Below, piece by piece: positions 24,155 through 27,261 of a stretch of DNA of 27,261 bases. The notes beneath the pieces were generated by a model, which saw only the letters and a program-made list of their open reading frames with translations, made no database searches and was not told the origin of the DNA. Source of the stretch: Deltaproteobacteria bacterium (GTDB taxonomy: Bacteria; Desulfobacterota; Anaeroferrophillalia; Anaeroferrophillales; Tharpellaceae); NCBI GenBank assembly GCA_013153415.1, contig JAADEO010000106.1:1-27261 (forward strand), given 5' to 3'. Positions within the stretch are counted from its first letter, which is position 1. Each line of letters starts with the position of its first letter. The translations under genes and the position numbers were made by a program.

Positions 24155-25495
24155 TTAGAAATAATACCTTCCCATCGGTGTCAATTCGAATTCGTTGAGC
24201 GCGATATACTCTTTATCCCGCCGGTTGATGAACTTGACCGCCCGGCCCTTGAAATCGCGGCGGGCTTCGTTGAGCAAACGGTAGCCCTCGTCCCGGCAGC
24301 GCTGGCAGGCGTGGAAAGGGATCTCGATGCCCATGCAGGTACCGTTGCGGGTGGTTTTCGATATCAGGTGGCGGATGCCGGCGCAGTCGGGACAAACCAT
24401 GACCTGTTCGACCTGCTGGTCGCTGATGCCGTCGGTGTCGTAGTAGACCATTTTCGAGCGGGTGTCGTACTGGTTGGGCTTGACCTTCAGAGGCGGAGGC
24501 GAGAAGTAGTTTTTGCGGACCAGTTCACAGAGCTTCTTGATATATTCACTGATCTGCGGATCCTGGCGCAGGGCCTCGGGATCGTAGTCGGGTTCGCGCA
24601 CGGCCGAGTAGTCGAGACCAGCCATGGCCAGGACGATGCCCAGATTGACGTAGGGCAGGGCTCCCTGGATCGAGTAACCGCCCTCGAGAACGGCGATGTC
24701 GGGATTCAAGCGGTGGTTGAGTTCGGCGTAACCGGTAGCGGAGAAATTCATGTTGGTGATGGGGTCGCCGTAGTGGTTGTCCTGGCCGGCCGAGTTGATG
24801 ATGAGCTCGGGCTTGAAATCCTCAAGAATCGGTTTGACCAGATGGTCGATGACGTAGAGGAAACCTTCGTCCGAAGTGTTGGGCGGCAGAGGGATATTGA
24901 TAGTTCGGCCCCGGGCCGTGGGACCGCCGAGTTCATCGGTGAAACCGGAACCGGGATAGAGGGTGCGGCCGTCCTGGTGCAGGGAAATGAAGAGGACCTC
25001 GGGGTCGTGCCAGTAGATGTCCTGGGTGCCGTCGCCGTGGTGGCAGTCGGTATCGACGATCGCGATCCGTTTGGGACCGTAGTGCTCGCGGATGAACTCG
25101 ATCATCACGGCCTCGTTGTTGACATTGCAGAAACCCCGGTTGCCGTGGACCACCTTCATGGCGTGATGGCCGGGAGGGCGGACCAGGGCGAAGGCCCGGT
25201 CGACCTCCTTTTCCATGACCAGCCGGGCCGCCCGGATGGCGCCGCCGGCAGCGATCCGGTGCGATTCGGTGACTACGTCATCCGGCCCCGGGAAACAGAA
25301 ATGTGTTCGGTCGAAATCGGCGTTGGCGGCGATTTCGGGTTTGAATTCGCTGATATTGGGCAGATCGAAGATGCCCTCTTCACGAAGCTGGTCCTGGGTG
25401 TAGAGCAGGCGTTCCTCTCGTTCCGGGTGCGTCGGGCTGATGGCCCAGTCGTAGGCCGGGAAGAAGATCACTCCCAACTGGCGGGTTTTTTTCAT
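24155..25495 (-). CDS. Histone deacetylase family (AcuC/HDAH-like) Zn amidohydrolase with a C-terminal CxxC..CxxC extension
   Basis: RPPGHHA, GFC, DTDCHHGDGTQ, SLHQ, YPGSG, NIPLP, SAGQD and LEGGY. C-terminal CPDC..CQRC. ATG at 25495 overlaps the upstream stop (ATGA). Confidence 0.92.
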   Translation of the reverse strand: MKKTRQLGVIFFPAYDWAISPTHPEREERLLYTQDQLREEGIFDLPNISEFKPEIAANADFDRTHFCFPGPDDVVTESHRIAAGGAIRAARLVMEKEVDRAFALVRPPGHHAMKVVHGNRGFCNVNNEAVMIEFIREHYGPKRIAIVDTDCHHGDGTQDIYWHDPEVLFISLHQDGRTLYPGSGFTDELGGPTARGRTINIPLPPNTSDEGFLYVIDHLVKPILEDFKPELIINSAGQDNHYGDPITNMNFSATGYAELNHRLNPDIAVLEGGYSIQGALPYVNLGIVLAMAGLDYSAVREPDYDPEALRQDPQISEYIKKLCELVRKNYFSPPPLKVKPNQYDTRSKMVYYDTDGISDQQVEQVMVCPDCAGIRHLISKTTRNGTCMGIEIPFHACQRCRDEGYRLLNEARRDFKGRAVKFINRRDKEYIALNEFELTPMGRYYF

Positions 25496-27180
25496 GATAT
25501 CGCGGCTCCCTGCTGGTCGAGCTTTTCGAGTCCGGGCCGAATCTGGCAACTGACCCGGATGGTTTTGCTGCCGAAGGCGTAGTCATCCACCATGTTGAAG
25601 GCTTCAGCTTCAATAATTCCGACATCTTCGGCGCTGATCCCGGGGTGACCGCTGGCGGCCAGAAATTTCGCCAATTCCCCGGCCCCGTCCCGACGGGCCT
25701 GACTGAGTGAATAGGTCGAGTCGATGCGTCTCTCGATGCCGAGGTTGGGAATTATCATGCTGCCTCGGCCGGTGTCGGCGAACAGTTCGCTCTCCATGGT
25801 GGTCCGGGTCAGAGCGGCGCCGACGGCATTGGCGACAGCGAAATGGTCAGGCACCTCGGTCGGCAGGGCGAAAACTTCACCGAGACGGGAGGCCAGGATC
25901 GCGGCCGGCCCTCCCATGATGTAGAGTTTCTCCGGTCTGATCTCGCGGGCATGGAGAATCTCGGCCACCGTGTAGGCCGGTTTCTGGTTGATCTCTTCGA
26001 GCAGGTCGAGGCTTTCACGTCGTATCCGGTCGGCGGCGAGCCTGAGGATGTTTTCCGCTAATTCGGTTTGCGGCACTGCGGCTTGGCCGGCCAGGTGGCT
26101 GAGACCGGCGTGGGACTTTTCCGGGTTTCCGACAGCTGAGATCCCGGCCACGTTGGCGGCGTCTATCAGGGTCGGAGCCGGTCCTCCGAGGGCCAGCGGC
26201 GGTCCGAGACGTTCCGGGCCGATCGCGATTTCACCCCGGGAATCGAGTCTGACCCGGGAGTCACCGCCGATGCCGATCGAGCGGGTACGGATGGCCCGGA
26301 TCAGGGTCGGTCTTCCCCCGAAAGCGACCCCGTCTCTTTCCAGCAGCGGGGCTCCGTCGGCGAAGATGGCAATATCAGTGGTGGTGCCGCCGATATCGAG
26401 GATCACGGCATCTTCACGGATTGAACAGAGGGCGGTGATCCCCATGATACTGGCAGCTGGTCCCGAAAGAATGGTCTGGACCGGGTGGGTGCGGGAGTGT
26501 TCCAGATCGATGGTGCCGCCGTCGGCCTTGAGAATGTTGAGCGGGGCTTCGAGGTCATGGCGGGCGATACTTTCGCTGACGGCGTCGGCGAAAGCGTTGT
26601 AACGGCGCCAGACCGCGGAATTGTAGTAGGCCGTGGCCAGGCGCCGGGGAAAGTTGAGGCGGCCCGAAAGCCGGTGCCCGAGGGTGGTGAAATCGCTCTG
26701 GTCCGCGGCCATTTCGGCCAGGGTCAATTCGATATGTGGATTGCGGGTAGAGAACTTGCTGACTGCGGCAAATACCCGGACGCCACTTTCCCGGCAGCGG
26801 GCGAGAGCCTCGTGAACGGCTTTTTCATCGAGGGGCTGACGCAGGTTGCCGCGATGGTCGATGGAGCCGGAAAAGATGTAGACATGGTCGCCGAGATCAC
26901 GGTTGAAACAGGATGCGGCCAGCCCGGGGCCGGAAACCGCCAGGACCCCGACCTCTTCCAGTTTTTTTTCAACGATGGCGTTGGTGGTCAGCGTGGTGCT
27001 CAGGTTGATTTTGCGGATGGCGGTGGCCGCTCCGGAAGGCAGGATCTTTTCGAGGACGGCATCGAGCGAGGCCACCAGATTGTCGTGGACGGTTTCGATC
27101 TTGGCCGTGGCCCGGATGCCGTCATCATCGATGATGACGGCATCGGTATGGGTTCCGCCGATGTCAATTCCCAGCAGCAT
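25492..27180 (-). CDS. Hydantoinase/oxoprolinase family protein (HyuA/ATP-binding subunit type)
   Basis: GIDIGGTHTD, STTLTTNA, KADGG, TILSGPAAS, LDIGGTTTDI, IGIGGDS, PTLIDA and ANAVGAA. RBS AGGA. Confidence 0.92.
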   Translation of the reverse strand: MLLGIDIGGTHTDAVIIDDDGIRATAKIETVHDNLVASLDAVLEKILPSGAATAIRKINLSTTLTTNAIVEKKLEEVGVLAVSGPGLAASCFNRDLGDHVYIFSGSIDHRGNLRQPLDEKAVHEALARCRESGVRVFAAVSKFSTRNPHIELTLAEMAADQSDFTTLGHRLSGRLNFPRRLATAYYNSAVWRRYNAFADAVSESIARHDLEAPLNILKADGGTIDLEHSRTHPVQTILSGPAASIMGITALCSIREDAVILDIGGTTTDIAIFADGAPLLERDGVAFGGRPTLIRAIRTRSIGIGGDSRVRLDSRGEIAIGPERLGPPLALGGPAPTLIDAANVAGISAVGNPEKSHAGLSHLAGQAAVPQTELAENILRLAADRIRRESLDLLEEINQKPAYTVAEILHAREIRPEKLYIMGGPAAILASRLGEVFALPTEVPDHFAVANAVGAALTRTTMESELFADTGRGSMIIPNLGIERRIDSTYSLSQARRDGAGELAKFLAASGHPGISAEDVGIIEAEAFNMVDDYAFGSKTIRVSCQIRPGLEKLDQQGAAIS

Positions 27181-27261
27181 GATAATTCCTGTTTAAAATA
27201 GGAGTTGATGTTCGTTTCCGGGCATAACATAAACCCCGATCGAGGTCAAAACTTTCCTCCC

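Noticed and set aside
23546-25582. 678-aa plus-strand ORF and other long antisense ORFs (e.g. 41..988, 2230..3717, 16227..17618, 10520..11314)
   Set aside because: They lie exactly opposite well-supported genes, have no recognisable motifs, and are the shadow ORFs expected from GC-rich codon usage.

Overview
A gene-dense, GC-rich window of ordinary chromosomal (core and metabolic) DNA. The gene content suggests an anaerobic Desulfobacterota/deltaproteobacterium; this is an inference. About 24 protein genes are present, mostly on the minus strand. I found no rRNA, tRNA, CRISPR array, integrase or transposase. From left to right: a tandem DUF3857/transglutaminase pair (one copy with an intact Cys-His-Asp triad, one degenerate); a very AT-rich 283-bp spacer with a DnaA-box cluster; a Ste24/M48 protease; an HcpR-like Crp/Fnr regulator divergent from a degenerate HD-domain/4Fe-4S operon, with a perfect TTGAC-N4-GTCAA box between them; a long convergent spacer with nested inverted repeats; divergent MltD-like and mtgA genes; a small multidrug export protein; STAS; a TIM-barrel isomerase; an AEC transporter; a four-gene larA-family racemase / FAD 2-hydroxyacid dehydrogenase / acetyltransferase / D-amino-acid aminotransferase operon; an orphan rfbC; a CstB-like persulfide dioxygenase-rhodanese; a double-hotdog thioesterase; an ACT protein; Hsp20; and a coupled hydantoinase-A / HDAC-family deacylase / receiver-PP2C operon. 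The best leads are the larA operon, the oriC/DARS-like DnaA-box locus with no dnaA nearby, the hydantoinase-HDAC-PP2C operon and the two enzyme/pseudoenzyme cases. All calls come from motif recognition by eye; no database searches were run.
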